Part shown: positions 50,652 through 59,371 of the stretch, one piece after another
How the letters are laid out: each line of letters starts with the position of its first letter
How positions within the stretch are numbered: position 1 is the stretch's first letter
DNA from: an uncultured Desulfatitalea sp.
Lineage (GTDB): Bacteria > Desulfobacterota > Desulfobacteria > Desulfobacterales > Desulfosarcinaceae
Direction of reading: 5' to 3'
NCBI GenBank assembly: GCA_963668675.2
Contig: CAXXMB010000001.1
Span: forward strand, 1,280,001 to 1,344,000
Length of the DNA stretch: 64,000 bases
Position numbers and translations under genes: made by a program
The notes under the pieces: generated by a model
Seen by the model: the letters and a program-made list of their open reading frames with translations, nothing else
Told to the model about the DNA's origin: nothing
Database searches by the model: none

Positions 50652-53033
50652 ATGGGCAAAGCACTTAAGTTATCATACCAGCAACGCGAGGAGATCGCCC
50701 GGAAACTCTTCCAGGTCAAGTCTGTACGCGGATCCGAGCTGCACGGCCTGTGCCCATACCACGACGACTCCAACCCGTCGTTTTCGTACAACGTCGAAAA
50801 GGATGTCTTCAACTGCCTGGCCTGCGGTGTCGGTGGCGATCTGATCAAGCTGTGGTCCAAGGTCGCCGGCAGCGGCAACCTCACTGACGACTTCAAGGCG
50901 TTTTGCCGCCAGTACGGTATCGAGCTCGAAGGCCGCGGTACCAATCACAAAAACGGCGCCGTCGCCAAAAAGAATAAGCCACGATCATCCAGCGACAAGC
51001 CCGTCACCCAGGCTGACCTGAACCGGGCCTGGTCCGGCATGAGTCCCCTGCCCTCCACCTGGCGGGCAAAGCTGAAGGCCTCCAGGGGGTGGTCGGAAGA
51101 GATCATCGACCGTCTTGATCTTCGCGTTCAATCCTGGCGCTGGGACAAGCGGGCCGGCGAGCTAAAAGAAATCGCAGAACCCGAGCGCATCGCCATACCG
51201 GTGTTCGACGCGGACGGCAAACTGGTCAACATCCGCTGCTACAAGCCGGGCGCTACCGGGACGAAGATCTTCAGCTTCGGCCCGGGGTGCGGCAAAGCAA
51301 GGCTTTATCCGGCCAAGCTGTCCGGTGACGGGATCGTGCTGGTCACCGAGGGAGAGGCCGACTGCATCTGCGCCATCTCAAACGGGTTCGATGCGATCAC
51401 CCAGACCAGCAAGACCAAGTACTGGCCGTCCGATCAGGCCAAGGTGCTCGCCGGCCGTGATGTCGTGATCGCCTACGATGCCGACCAACCTGGCCAGAAG
51501 CACGCCAAGTTTGCGGCAGACTGCCTGGTCAAGGTGGCCAAGCGGGTACGTGTCATCGTCTGGCCCGACTGGATGGGACGGTTGAGTGACGGCACCTGGC
51601 CCAAAGACCACGGCCAGGACCTGACCGACTTTTTCGTCAAGCACCAAAAGAGCGTCGAAGAGTTCAACCAGTTGATCGAGGAAGCGATCGAGCACCGGGG
51701 CCCGGACAAGAAGACGGATGCTGAGCCGATGCGCTTTTTCGACTACGGCCCCAGTGGCCGACTGTCGTTTAAGCCGCGGCTGCTGGCCGACAAGGTGTGT
51801 GCAGATCTGGATATTTTGTCCGATCCGGACTCGGGGGTGTTGTACCGTTGGAACGGTAAATACTTCGAGCAGTACGACGATGAATACGTAGAAAAGTACT
51901 GTATCGACCGGCTGGGCGAAGAGGCCCAGCAATCCAGGGTCAAAGATGCGGTATTCCAGGCCAGGGCCCTGTCGGTGCTGCCCCACGACCGAAAGTTAAA
52001 CGACCGCCCCGATTGGACGTGCCTCGAGAACGGTATGTTCAACCTTCGCACCATGGAGGTTTGCAAGCACGACAAAGAGTTTTATGCGACCTTCTCGCTG
52101 CCCTTTGCCTTCAATCCGGACCGAGCCGGCCGCTGCGATCGCTGGCTGCAGTTCCTGGATGAGACCATCCAAACGACAGGGCCGATCATGCAGGCCCAGG
52201 AGTTTGCCGGGTACTGTCTTACTCCGGAGGTGCGCTACGAAAAGGCACTGCTTCTACTGGGGCCGGGAGCTGACGGCAAAAGCAAGTTCATCAGCATCCT
52301 CGAGGCCCTGGTGGGTGCCGACAACTGCTCGGCGGTATCGTTCCAGGACCTGGAGGACCAGTTCCACAGGTCATCGCTTTATGGCAAGCTATTGAACATC
52401 TCCACCGAGGTCGGATCCAAGGCCATGGAGAGTGCCTATTTCAAGGCCATCGTGTCGGGCGATCCGATCAGCGCAGCCTTTAAGCATCAGGATGCGTTTC
52501 ATTTCAGACCCAACTGCAAGCTGGTATTTGCCGGCAACCGTTTGCCCCGGATCCTGGACAACTCGGACGGGCCGTTCAGGCGCCTGCTTCCCATCGCGTT
52601 TAAACGGCAATTCCTGGAAGAGGATCCGGACTGCGACACCTCCTTGCTCGAAAAGCTCCTGGCAGAGCTGCCCGACATCTTCCAGTGGGCCCTGGTCGGC
52701 CTGCACCGGCTGTGGGCCCAGGGGCGCTTTACCGAGTGCGAAGAGACGCGCAATCTGCTCATCGAGCACCGCCGGGCCAACAATCCTGTGCTGTGCTTCG
52801 TCGAGGACGAGTGCACCATCGGTGAGTATGAGGACGTGAGCAAAAAAGAGATTTACAAGCGCTACAAATCCTACGCCGGCTCGAGCGGCTATTCGATCAT
52901 GGGCATGGAGAACTTTTTCAGGGAGCTTTACGCGGCCGTGAACAACTTAAAACAGTTACGGCTGCGCAAAGAGGGTGAGCGATCGTACTATCTGACCGGC
53001 ATCGGTTTGAAGCCGGCCGAAGCAAGCCCTTAG
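50652..53033 (+). CDS. Phage primase-helicase (CHC2 zinc finger, TOPRIM, P4/D5 SF3 helicase)
   Basis: CPYHDD...CLAC, TEGEAD, YDADQPG, GPGADGKS, FAGN. Confidence 0.93.
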   Translation: MGKALKLSYQQREEIARKLFQVKSVRGSELHGLCPYHDDSNPSFSYNVEKDVFNCLACGVGGDLIKLWSKVAGSGNLTDDFKAFCRQYGIELEGRGTNHKNGAVAKKNKPRSSSDKPVTQADLNRAWSGMSPLPSTWRAKLKASRGWSEEIIDRLDLRVQSWRWDKRAGELKEIAEPERIAIPVFDADGKLVNIRCYKPGATGTKIFSFGPGCGKARLYPAKLSGDGIVLVTEGEADCICAISNGFDAITQTSKTKYWPSDQAKVLAGRDVVIAYDADQPGQKHAKFAADCLVKVAKRVRVIVWPDWMGRLSDGTWPKDHGQDLTDFFVKHQKSVEEFNQLIEEAIEHRGPDKKTDAEPMRFFDYGPSGRLSFKPRLLADKVCADLDILSDPDSGVLYRWNGKYFEQYDDEYVEKYCIDRLGEEAQQSRVKDAVFQARALSVLPHDRKLNDRPDWTCLENGMFNLRTMEVCKHDKEFYATFSLPFAFNPDRAGRCDRWLQFLDETIQTTGPIMQAQEFAGYCLTPEVRYEKALLLLGPGADGKSKFISILEALVGADNCSAVSFQDLEDQFHRSSLYGKLLNISTEVGSKAMESAYFKAIVSGDPISAAFKHQDAFHFRPNCKLVFAGNRLPRILDNSDGPFRRLLPIAFKRQFLEEDPDCDTSLLEKLLAELPDIFQWALVGLHRLWAQGRFTECEETRNLLIEHRRANNPVLCFVEDECTIGEYEDVSKKEIYKRYKSYAGSSGYSIMGMENFFRELYAAVNNLKQLRLRKEGERSYYLTGIGLKPAEASP

Positions 53034-53300
53034 CGGTCCGGGGTGGTCCGGGGTGGTCCGGGTATACCCGGGCCACCAAAAGCCGGTGATTTCAACCGGT
53101 TAATATGGGTGGTCCGGGTGGTCCGGGTGAAATTCCACCTACGCACGTACGCGCGCGTGCGCGTAGACATATATTCTGGTTACTATTTCTCATAAATTAA
53201 AAAACCCCGGACCACCCGGACCACCGAAGTTAAAGATCTGTTTTTATATGTGCTTTGCTGGCCCGGGTATACCCGGACCAACCCGGACCACCCCGGACCG
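53034..53300. repeat. Symmetric iteron array, probable phage replication origin
   Basis: Five GGTCCGGG units facing five inverted units; 42-bp outer inverted repeat (1 mismatch) and perfect 20-bp inner inverted repeat. Confidence 0.8.
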
Positions 53301-53391
53301 GTTTGAAGATAATGGCCTTTTTCGTGCGGTTTTGTGCACGGGGCCACCCGGTTGGCGGGCCTGGACCTGATTTGGGGTTGGGGGGCAGACG

Positions 53392-53841
53392 ATGACCACG
53401 GCTCTAGAAAAACTTCAGCAAAAGTACGGCGCATCGGAGTGCGTCCGAGACGCCGAAAACGCGCACCAGGCGCCCGACGACCGGCATGCGGCCGGCTATC
53501 GGGGAGAAGGTGCGGCGATGCCCGACGGGTGCGCTGGAGGGCAGGATACGGCGCTGTCATGGCGTGACAGCGAAGCCATCTTGGCGTTGCGATCGTTTTT
53601 GAAGCTGACGCCAGAGCTTCGGGCCCGAATCGGATTGGTGGCAGGGTGTGTGGCCCTCCACTTCGATCCGCCCCTGGACCCGAAAGACACCGTTCGCTGG
53701 CGTGCGGCCTGCGAAGCGGAAACCCTGCTGCGTGCAGCCCGGGAGGACATTCGCATACTGGTGCTCGACGGTGCGCTCACGCTGCAGGTGATCGACCATC
53801 GCGTGATCGATTTTGGCGATGACGAAAGCAAGAAGCAATAG
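53392..53841 (+). CDS. Phage hypothetical protein
   Basis: Co-oriented ORF between the origin and the next phage gene. Confidence 0.55.
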   Translation: MTTALEKLQQKYGASECVRDAENAHQAPDDRHAAGYRGEGAAMPDGCAGGQDTALSWRDSEAILALRSFLKLTPELRARIGLVAGCVALHFDPPLDPKDTVRWRAACEAETLLRAAREDIRILVLDGALTLQVIDHRVIDFGDDESKKQ

Positions 53842-53852
53842 GAGTGGTAGAC

Positions 53853-54314
53853 ATGGCTTATGCCGAAAACACGAGCGTGCCGGTAGAAAAATCAAAAGCT
53901 GAGATCGAGCGGATCCTTCAGCGCTACGGTGCCGACCAGTTCATCAGCGGGTGGGATGCCCGCAGAGCCTATGTCGCCTTTCGCATGCAAGGGCGTCAGA
54001 TCAAGTTTGTGATCGAGCTGCCGGATAAAAGCGATCGCGAGTTTACTCACACGCCGGGTAAAAGAATCAAACGCACTGAGTCGAAAGCATATGCTGCCTG
54101 GGAACAGGCCTGCCGTCAACGCTGGCGTGCACTGGCCCTGGTGATCAAGGCCAAGCTCGAAGCGGTCGAGACCGGCATCACGGTCTTCGAAGACGAATTC
54201 ATGGCCCATATAGTGCTACCCGACGGACAAACGGTCGGCGAGTACATGCGGCCGCAAATCGCCGTTGCATATGAGAAAGGCAGCATGCCGAAACTGCTGC
54301 CATATGGTTCTTAG
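53853..54314 (+). CDS. Phage hypothetical protein
   Basis: AGGAG RBS; MAYAENTSVPVEKSKAEIE...WRALALVIKAKLEAVE resembles a family I recall from phages; function unknown. Confidence 0.75.
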   Translation: MAYAENTSVPVEKSKAEIERILQRYGADQFISGWDARRAYVAFRMQGRQIKFVIELPDKSDREFTHTPGKRIKRTESKAYAAWEQACRQRWRALALVIKAKLEAVETGITVFEDEFMAHIVLPDGQTVGEYMRPQIAVAYEKGSMPKLLPYGS

Positions 54315-54432
54315 TGATAGGTGCTGCGTTACCTATTTGAAATGACAAGGCAGCACCATTTTTGACGTTGCTGCGTTCTTTGACAATTTGAGTGAGTGAA
54401 TTTTAAAGTTGGAAAGATGCGCTGCTGTATCT

Positions 54433-54482
54433 CGGTTGGCCGCACCAGCGGTCAACCGTACCTCTCCATTTCATTGTTATGT
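54433..54482 (-). other. Truncated attC site (left arm and terminal hairpin only)
   Basis: Minus strand ACATAAC overlaps the TAA stop, then AATGAAATGGAGAGGTA and hairpin CGGTTGACCGC-TGGT-GCGGCCAACCG; no L'/R' half follows. Confidence 0.6.
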
Positions 54483-54995
54483 TCCGTCATGAAGAACTTG
54501 ATATCGCAGACGTAGCGCGTTCTCATTTAGGGGGCGAGAATCTAGAAGTTTCAGCCGAGTCAGGCCCAATTCATCCCCAAACACAGGCGTGCCTACACCG
54601 AAGGCTACCGGTTGGAGGTCAATAACGATGTTGTCAATAAGTTGTTCGCGCATGAATGAATAAGCAACAGCGCGACCGCCTCCGATTATCGCTTCATCAA
54701 CCCCTGTGTCCTTAAGTATCTCTATCGCCTCTGAGGGAGACTTAGCATGCTGCCATCCGGAATCGCCCAGATCGATGTCTCTGGAAGACAGTACGATCTT
54801 ATGTTTCGGATTCAGTACTGATGCCATCTCGTCATTTTTTAATTGTTCGAAGGAACTTCGACCCGCAATTACATTGTCAGCATCGTTTACCAAAGAGCAC
54901 CAGTCTTCCCAAGCTCCGTCTGGGAATAGCGGTATGCCCTCCTTATCAGCAATTAACCCATCGATTGAGACTGAAAGAAAAAGTGTTGTTTTCAT
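54477..54995 (-). CDS. Dihydrofolate reductase/RibD C-terminal family protein (cassette gene)
   Basis: SIDGLIA, GRSSF, IGG, PVAFGVGTPVF; GGAGG RBS. Confidence 0.85.
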   Translation of the reverse strand: MKTTLFLSVSIDGLIADKEGIPLFPDGAWEDWCSLVNDADNVIAGRSSFEQLKNDEMASVLNPKHKIVLSSRDIDLGDSGWQHAKSPSEAIEILKDTGVDEAIIGGGRAVAYSFMREQLIDNIVIDLQPVAFGVGTPVFGDELGLTRLKLLDSRPLNENALRLRYQVLHDGT

Positions 54996-55019
54996 GAATA
55001 CCTCCAGGGAATTTAACGC

Positions 55020-55511
55020 CTAAAGGGACCGGGCAAGCCCAAGCCCCAAGCACAGAAAAATAATCGAGAATAGTCCAATATATGTCCTAATATGATTCCA
55101 GCGTTGCCAATTCACTTGATAGTCGCTCCATTCTTCCGAACCTTCTGTTGGTTTCACCTTTGCAAGCTTGTCATTCAGAGGGACATTGCGGAGAGCGGTG
55201 ATCGCGAATGGACCAATAATATACCCTATGGATCCTGCAAGTAGCAGAACACTATGTGTGTCATGCAGGTGAAATAAACTGTAAATTGCGATCATCACGC
55301 AAAGAAGTGGCGTACCAAGAAAGAATAGTAGAAACAAAGGATTGATGATCTTTTCATTGATCTGCTGCATCGCAAACATACCATGCTCAGACGAAAGCTC
55401 AGCTAAGGCACGCATAATGAAATTCGAAAAAGCAAACAGTAAGCCGGTAACCATTCCAGCACCAACTATTGCCGCAATAATTAAGTAAGGAAGAATCGAA
55501 TCGACAGTCAT
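55020..55511 (-). CDS. DUF1772/anthrone oxygenase-family membrane protein (cassette gene)
   Basis: GLLFAFS...MQQIN...NVPLN...WQRWNHIRT. Confidence 0.85.
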   Translation of the reverse strand: MTVDSILPYLIIAAIVGAGMVTGLLFAFSNFIMRALAELSSEHGMFAMQQINEKIINPLFLLFFLGTPLLCVMIAIYSLFHLHDTHSVLLLAGSIGYIIGPFAITALRNVPLNDKLAKVKPTEGSEEWSDYQVNWQRWNHIRTYIGLFSIIFLCLGLGLARSL

Positions 55512-55534
55512 TTCTTATCCATTTTGTTGATGAG

Positions 55535-55601
55535 ACATAACGTTCCGGGTAACTTGCCCGGCGCGTCGTTTTGCCCGTTCAAGTTCACCCGATTGTTCGG
55601 C
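55535..55601 (-). other. attC site (67 bp)
   Basis: Minus strand R'' GCCGAAC, L'' GGGT(G)AACTTG pairing with L' CAAGTTACCC around an extrahelical G, R' GTTATGT. Confidence 0.88.
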
Positions 55602-55661
55602 AAATTCGTTGTTCCCAGTTTTGCTAAGAACGAAGGCCTGTCACCCTTGCCAATTATGGAG

Positions 55662-56060
55662 TTACGTCCGGCTATTAATTAGCGAGACTTGATCATTTAG
55701 GGTCCAAAGATCGTATAGATATCCTATGCCGAAAATGCCACCTGACAGCAGATACACTATCCCTGTAAACCACTTTCCCATATAAAAACGGTGTATGCCG
55801 AATAAGCCGAGGAATGTTAGCAAAATCCATGCTACCGTGTAGTTAAGATTACCACTATGGTACCTGAAGTCGGCCTGACGGCCCATAGATGGGATGAGAA
55901 AAAGATCAATAATCCATCCGATAAAGAAAAGTCCTAAAGTAAAGAACCAAATGGTTCCAGAAATGGGTTTGCCGTAGTAAAATCGATGGGCTCCCATGAA
56001 ACCAAATATCCATAGGATGTAGCCGATTGATTTAAGGTGAGTATCGTTTGAATAGTCCAT
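55662..56060 (-). CDS. Tandem TM2/NINE domain membrane protein (cassette gene)
   Basis: Two repeats GAHRFYYGK and GIHRFYMGK, with WIIDL and YLYDL. Confidence 0.88.
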   Translation of the reverse strand: MDYSNDTHLKSIGYILWIFGFMGAHRFYYGKPISGTIWFFTLGLFFIGWIIDLFLIPSMGRQADFRYHSGNLNYTVAWILLTFLGLFGIHRFYMGKWFTGIVYLLSGGIFGIGYLYDLWTLNDQVSLINSRT

Positions 56061-56096
56061 AGGTGGTTCCCTTGACTAAGCCTTAGAATGATTAAT

Positions 56097-56135
56097 GCCG
56101 AACGTTATTATTAGATGGAATTCCGAATAATTACA
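56097..56135 (-). other. attI-like recombination site
   Basis: Minus strand ATTATTCGGAATTCCATCTAATAATAAC-GTTCGGC precedes the first cassette; no complementary attC left arm upstream; AT-rich. Confidence 0.55.
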
Positions 56136-56533
56136 AAAAATCAAACATATGCTGAAAATGAAAATGACGTACCTTTTGAGCTAAAAACCTTTTGCCAATA
56201 CAAACAGATACTAATCATAACAGCCCAAAAATCCAATTTTATCTCACTCAGCTCAAGTTGTTCACTTTTTTGTAAGTGCAGCTTTCCGTACCTGTTATGC
56301 ATGTTATACAGCTGCCGCATAACATGTAAATTTGAACCATCAGCAGTGACCCTACCTGCCTTGAGAAAGGAGTGGTCGCCCGATGAAAAACTACAATCGC
56401 CGTGTGACATACAGAACCGATATGGGCGGTACGGGTCACACAATAGTGCGGTGGATACTCCTTTCTCAAGGGTATGCAGTGACAAGTACTACGCACCAAC
56501 TTCAAAACATAGATTGAAAAAGATGTATCGCTA

Positions 56534-57070
56534 ATGCCAGAAGAAAAGCAGACATTCAAAAGCATCGCGGCCGTGATTCGCTTCCTTAAAGGCAAAGGAT
56601 ACAGGGTCGAAAAATCCAAGGTCTATCAGGACAAACGAAAGGGGCTTTTGCGCTGCGGAGAAAACGGCACGATCAGCGAAGACGACGCCCTGGCCTATGC
56701 CGTGCGGTCCGAACTGGGCAAAGTGAGCGATGCCGTCGCAGAGATCGACCAGTACGCCGGCGTGCGATCGAAAAAAGAGATCGAAAAGCTCGAGGTGCAG
56801 ACCGAAAAGCTGCGCTTCGAACTGGATAAGGAGCGCGGCAAGTACATTCTGAAAGAAGACGTTCGCCTACAGGTTGCCATCAAACTGGCGGCCTTGGAGG
56901 CGGGCATCAAAAATGTGGTGCGGGTCAACGCCGCCGACTGGATCCACAAGACCGGCGGCGATTCAAAAAAAGAAAGCATGTTCTGCAACCTGGTCTACGC
57001 CGAAGTGGACTTGCTTTTGGGTGAGTTTGGCAACATGGAAGAGATCAAGGTGGAGGTACGAAAGCAATGA
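56534..57070 (+). CDS. Probable terminase small subunit (Nu1-like)
   Basis: N-terminal wHTH-like segment, coiled coil ...LDKERGKYI; overlaps the terL start. Confidence 0.7.
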   Translation: MPEEKQTFKSIAAVIRFLKGKGYRVEKSKVYQDKRKGLLRCGENGTISEDDALAYAVRSELGKVSDAVAEIDQYAGVRSKKEIEKLEVQTEKLRFELDKERGKYILKEDVRLQVAIKLAALEAGIKNVVRVNAADWIHKTGGDSKKESMFCNLVYAEVDLLLGEFGNMEEIKVEVRKQ

Positions 57071-58995
57071 TGCCCTGCCCTATTCCCGTCGATCCGGGAT
57101 GGTTTCCCGAAGAGGTGCGGCCGGGTGCCGGCACGGTGCTCTCGGCCAGGTGGTCCAGGGACGAGCGCAAGGTGCTGCGTCGTAAAAAGCCGATGCGCCC
57201 CTCCGAGTGGACGGAAAAGAACATCGTGCTGCCGTCGGACTCTCCGGTGCCAGGCCCTTACCGTTGCTCCATGGTGCCCTATGCGGCCGGGGTGATGGAT
57301 GCCTCCTTTTTCCCGGGCGTGGAAGAGATCGTGATGTGCTGGCCGTCTCAGACCAGCAAGACCACCATCGTCAACAACTGCCTGGCCTATGCCGCTGACC
57401 GGGCGCCGGGCAATGCCATCGTCACCTATCCCGATGAGGTGACCTCCAAGGACAACTCCAAGGACCGCTTATTGGCCATGATCAACGCTTCGCCGTTATT
57501 GCGCACGTTTAAGACCAACAAGACCGACGACGAGGGCGCCGTGAAGATCAAGCTGCGCCACATGATCATCTACATGGCCTGGGCCAACTCGGCGGCCCGT
57601 TTGGCCAACCGGCCGGCGCCGTATGGGGTAGCCGATGAAGAGGATAAGTTCCCGGTCACGGTGGGCAAAAAAGAGTCGGGCCCGGTGGACCTGTTGCGCA
57701 ACCGGGCAAGAAATTTCGCCCACATGCGGAAATTATGGCGGGTGTCGACACCCACCATCGAGACCGGCCCGATCTGGCGAGCCCTGACCGAAGAGTGCGA
57801 GCTGGTGTTCGTCTATCACGTGAGATGCCCCCACTGCTCGGCCACCCAGCTCATGGTGATGGGAGACGGCAAAGAGGGTCGTGGCATCAAGTGGCCCGGC
57901 GGATCCAAGGCCGACCCCAAAGAGGTGCACACCCGCAAGTTGGCCTACTACGAATGTGAAAAGTGTCACGAACCCTGGAGCGATTCGGCCCGCAACATGG
58001 CCGTTCGCATGGGGCAGTGGCGCGATCGAGATACCGGCATGGCCCTCGAGGCGTGTCTAAAGTCGGTCAAACCAAGGGTGATCGGGTTTCATCTGCCGGC
58101 GTGGGTATCGCCCTTCGTGTCGCTGTCCGAGTGCGCAGCGGCCTTTTTACTGGGCTTAAATGATCTGACCAAGCTGAAAAAGTACAAAAACGACTATGAG
58201 GCGAAGCCGTGGATCATCCGCACCCAGGAGCGCAAGGTCGATGCGATCTTCGAGCTATGCGACGAGCGGCCCGAAGGCATGGTCCCCGGTGGAAACAAGG
58301 TCTCTTGTCTGACGGCCGGCATCGACACCCAGGACTATTCGTTCTGGTACGAGATCAGGGCCTGGGGCTGGGGTGCCTCCATGGACTCGTGGCAGATCAG
58401 GGCCGGTGAGGTCCTCACCTTCAATGACCTCGAGGAGATTCTTTGGAACAGCGAGTACCGGGATCCGGACGGCAACCTCTATTTTGTCAGATTGGCCCTG
58501 CAGGATGCCATGGGGCACCGCACGGCCGACGTGTACGATTTTTGCCGGCGCCATGGCCCCATGATCTTTGCCACCCAGGGGAAGGACACCCTGGCCCAGC
58601 CGTTTGCCTGGAGCAGCATCGATTTTTACCCGGGAGGCAAAAAGCCGATCCCGGGCGGGCTCAAGCTGATCCGGTTCGATACGAACTTTTTCAAAAACGA
58701 TCTGTCCAGGAGGCTGGGGGTCAAGCTGGGGGATCCCGGGGCCTGGCGGTTCAATGCTGAGCTGACCGATGCCTGGGCGGCCCACATGTCGGCTGAGTTT
58801 ATCGGAGAGTCGGGGAAATGGGAATGCCCGGAAGGAAAGGACAATCATGGATGGGACTGCTCGGTATTAAACCGTCTGGCTGCCGAAGTACTTGGAGTGA
58901 AGTACTGGTCAAAGCCCGGGGGTATAAAGGTCCAAGAATCAAAATCAAGCGATCGTCCAAATTCAGATAAATCACCTAAAAAGAGGATGTGGTAA
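57067..58995 (+). CDS. Terminase large subunit, lambda GpA family
   Basis: PGPY, SQTSKT, VADEEDK, STPT, CPHC/CEKC, GIDTQD, NHGWDC. Confidence 0.93.
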   Translation: MMPCPIPVDPGWFPEEVRPGAGTVLSARWSRDERKVLRRKKPMRPSEWTEKNIVLPSDSPVPGPYRCSMVPYAAGVMDASFFPGVEEIVMCWPSQTSKTTIVNNCLAYAADRAPGNAIVTYPDEVTSKDNSKDRLLAMINASPLLRTFKTNKTDDEGAVKIKLRHMIIYMAWANSAARLANRPAPYGVADEEDKFPVTVGKKESGPVDLLRNRARNFAHMRKLWRVSTPTIETGPIWRALTEECELVFVYHVRCPHCSATQLMVMGDGKEGRGIKWPGGSKADPKEVHTRKLAYYECEKCHEPWSDSARNMAVRMGQWRDRDTGMALEACLKSVKPRVIGFHLPAWVSPFVSLSECAAAFLLGLNDLTKLKKYKNDYEAKPWIIRTQERKVDAIFELCDERPEGMVPGGNKVSCLTAGIDTQDYSFWYEIRAWGWGASMDSWQIRAGEVLTFNDLEEILWNSEYRDPDGNLYFVRLALQDAMGHRTADVYDFCRRHGPMIFATQGKDTLAQPFAWSSIDFYPGGKKPIPGGLKLIRFDTNFFKNDLSRRLGVKLGDPGAWRFNAELTDAWAAHMSAEFIGESGKWECPEGKDNHGWDCSVLNRLAAEVLGVKYWSKPGGIKVQESKSSDRPNSDKSPKKRMW

Positions 58996-58997
58996 CC

Positions 58998-59234
58998 ATG
59001 AACGAAAAAATAGATAAGGAAATTCTAATTGGAATCAAGGCAATCCAGCCGGTGTTGGGAGGTGCCAGTGAAGATACTATCTTGAAGTGGAAACGTGAAT
59101 ACCCATCAATGCCAATGCGTAAAATCAAGGGGCAGTGGGCAACCACACGGGACGAGATGGTGCGTTGGTGGGGGTTTTTTGTTACGGATAATCTTGAGAA
59201 TTACAATGCGTTAAAGCTCAATTTAAATAAATGA
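58998..59234 (+). CDS. Small wHTH (Xis/AlpA-like) DNA-binding protein
   Basis: LIGIKAI...SEDTILKW...P...GQW pattern; directly after terL. Confidence 0.65.
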   Translation: MNEKIDKEILIGIKAIQPVLGGASEDTILKWKREYPSMPMRKIKGQWATTRDEMVRWWGFFVTDNLENYNALKLNLNK

Positions 59235-59371
59235 TTGTCTTTGAAAATTCTCTCTCCTCTTAAGTAGGCAGGATAGAATCACATGTAAGCATGAGATATT
59301 TTTTTGCCTTTTCAGGTATCTGTAACACAATCCCTTACTTTTTATTTAGTCGTTTGATTTTGGAAAGAAAT

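Larger units (their letters stand above)
54433..56135 (-). mobile_element. Integron gene-cassette array without intI (attI-like site, two cassettes, three genes)
   Basis: Matching core and inverse-core pairs GTTCGGC/GCCGAAC and GTTATGT/ACATAAC; one complete attC; visibly AT-richer genes antisense to the phage genes. Confidence 0.8.

Noticed and set aside
53034..53300. Possible CRISPR array
   Set aside because: Units are 8-10 bp, tandem and inverted, with no unique spacers and no cas genes.
54477..54995. dfr trimethoprim-resistance cassette
   Set aside because: The sequence fits the RibD_C/DHFR-like family; typical DfrA/FolA motifs (e.g. IG...IPW) are absent, so resistance is unsupported.
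56115..56534. intI remnant or 139-aa ORF next to the attI-like site
   Set aside because: No tyrosine recombinase motifs in the frames examined; AT-rich regulatory-looking DNA.
57337..57366. Atypical terminase Walker A (WPSQTSKT) as a sign of inactivation
   Set aside because: GpA-family Walker A motifs are naturally deviant and the other motifs are intact; cannot be judged without an alignment.
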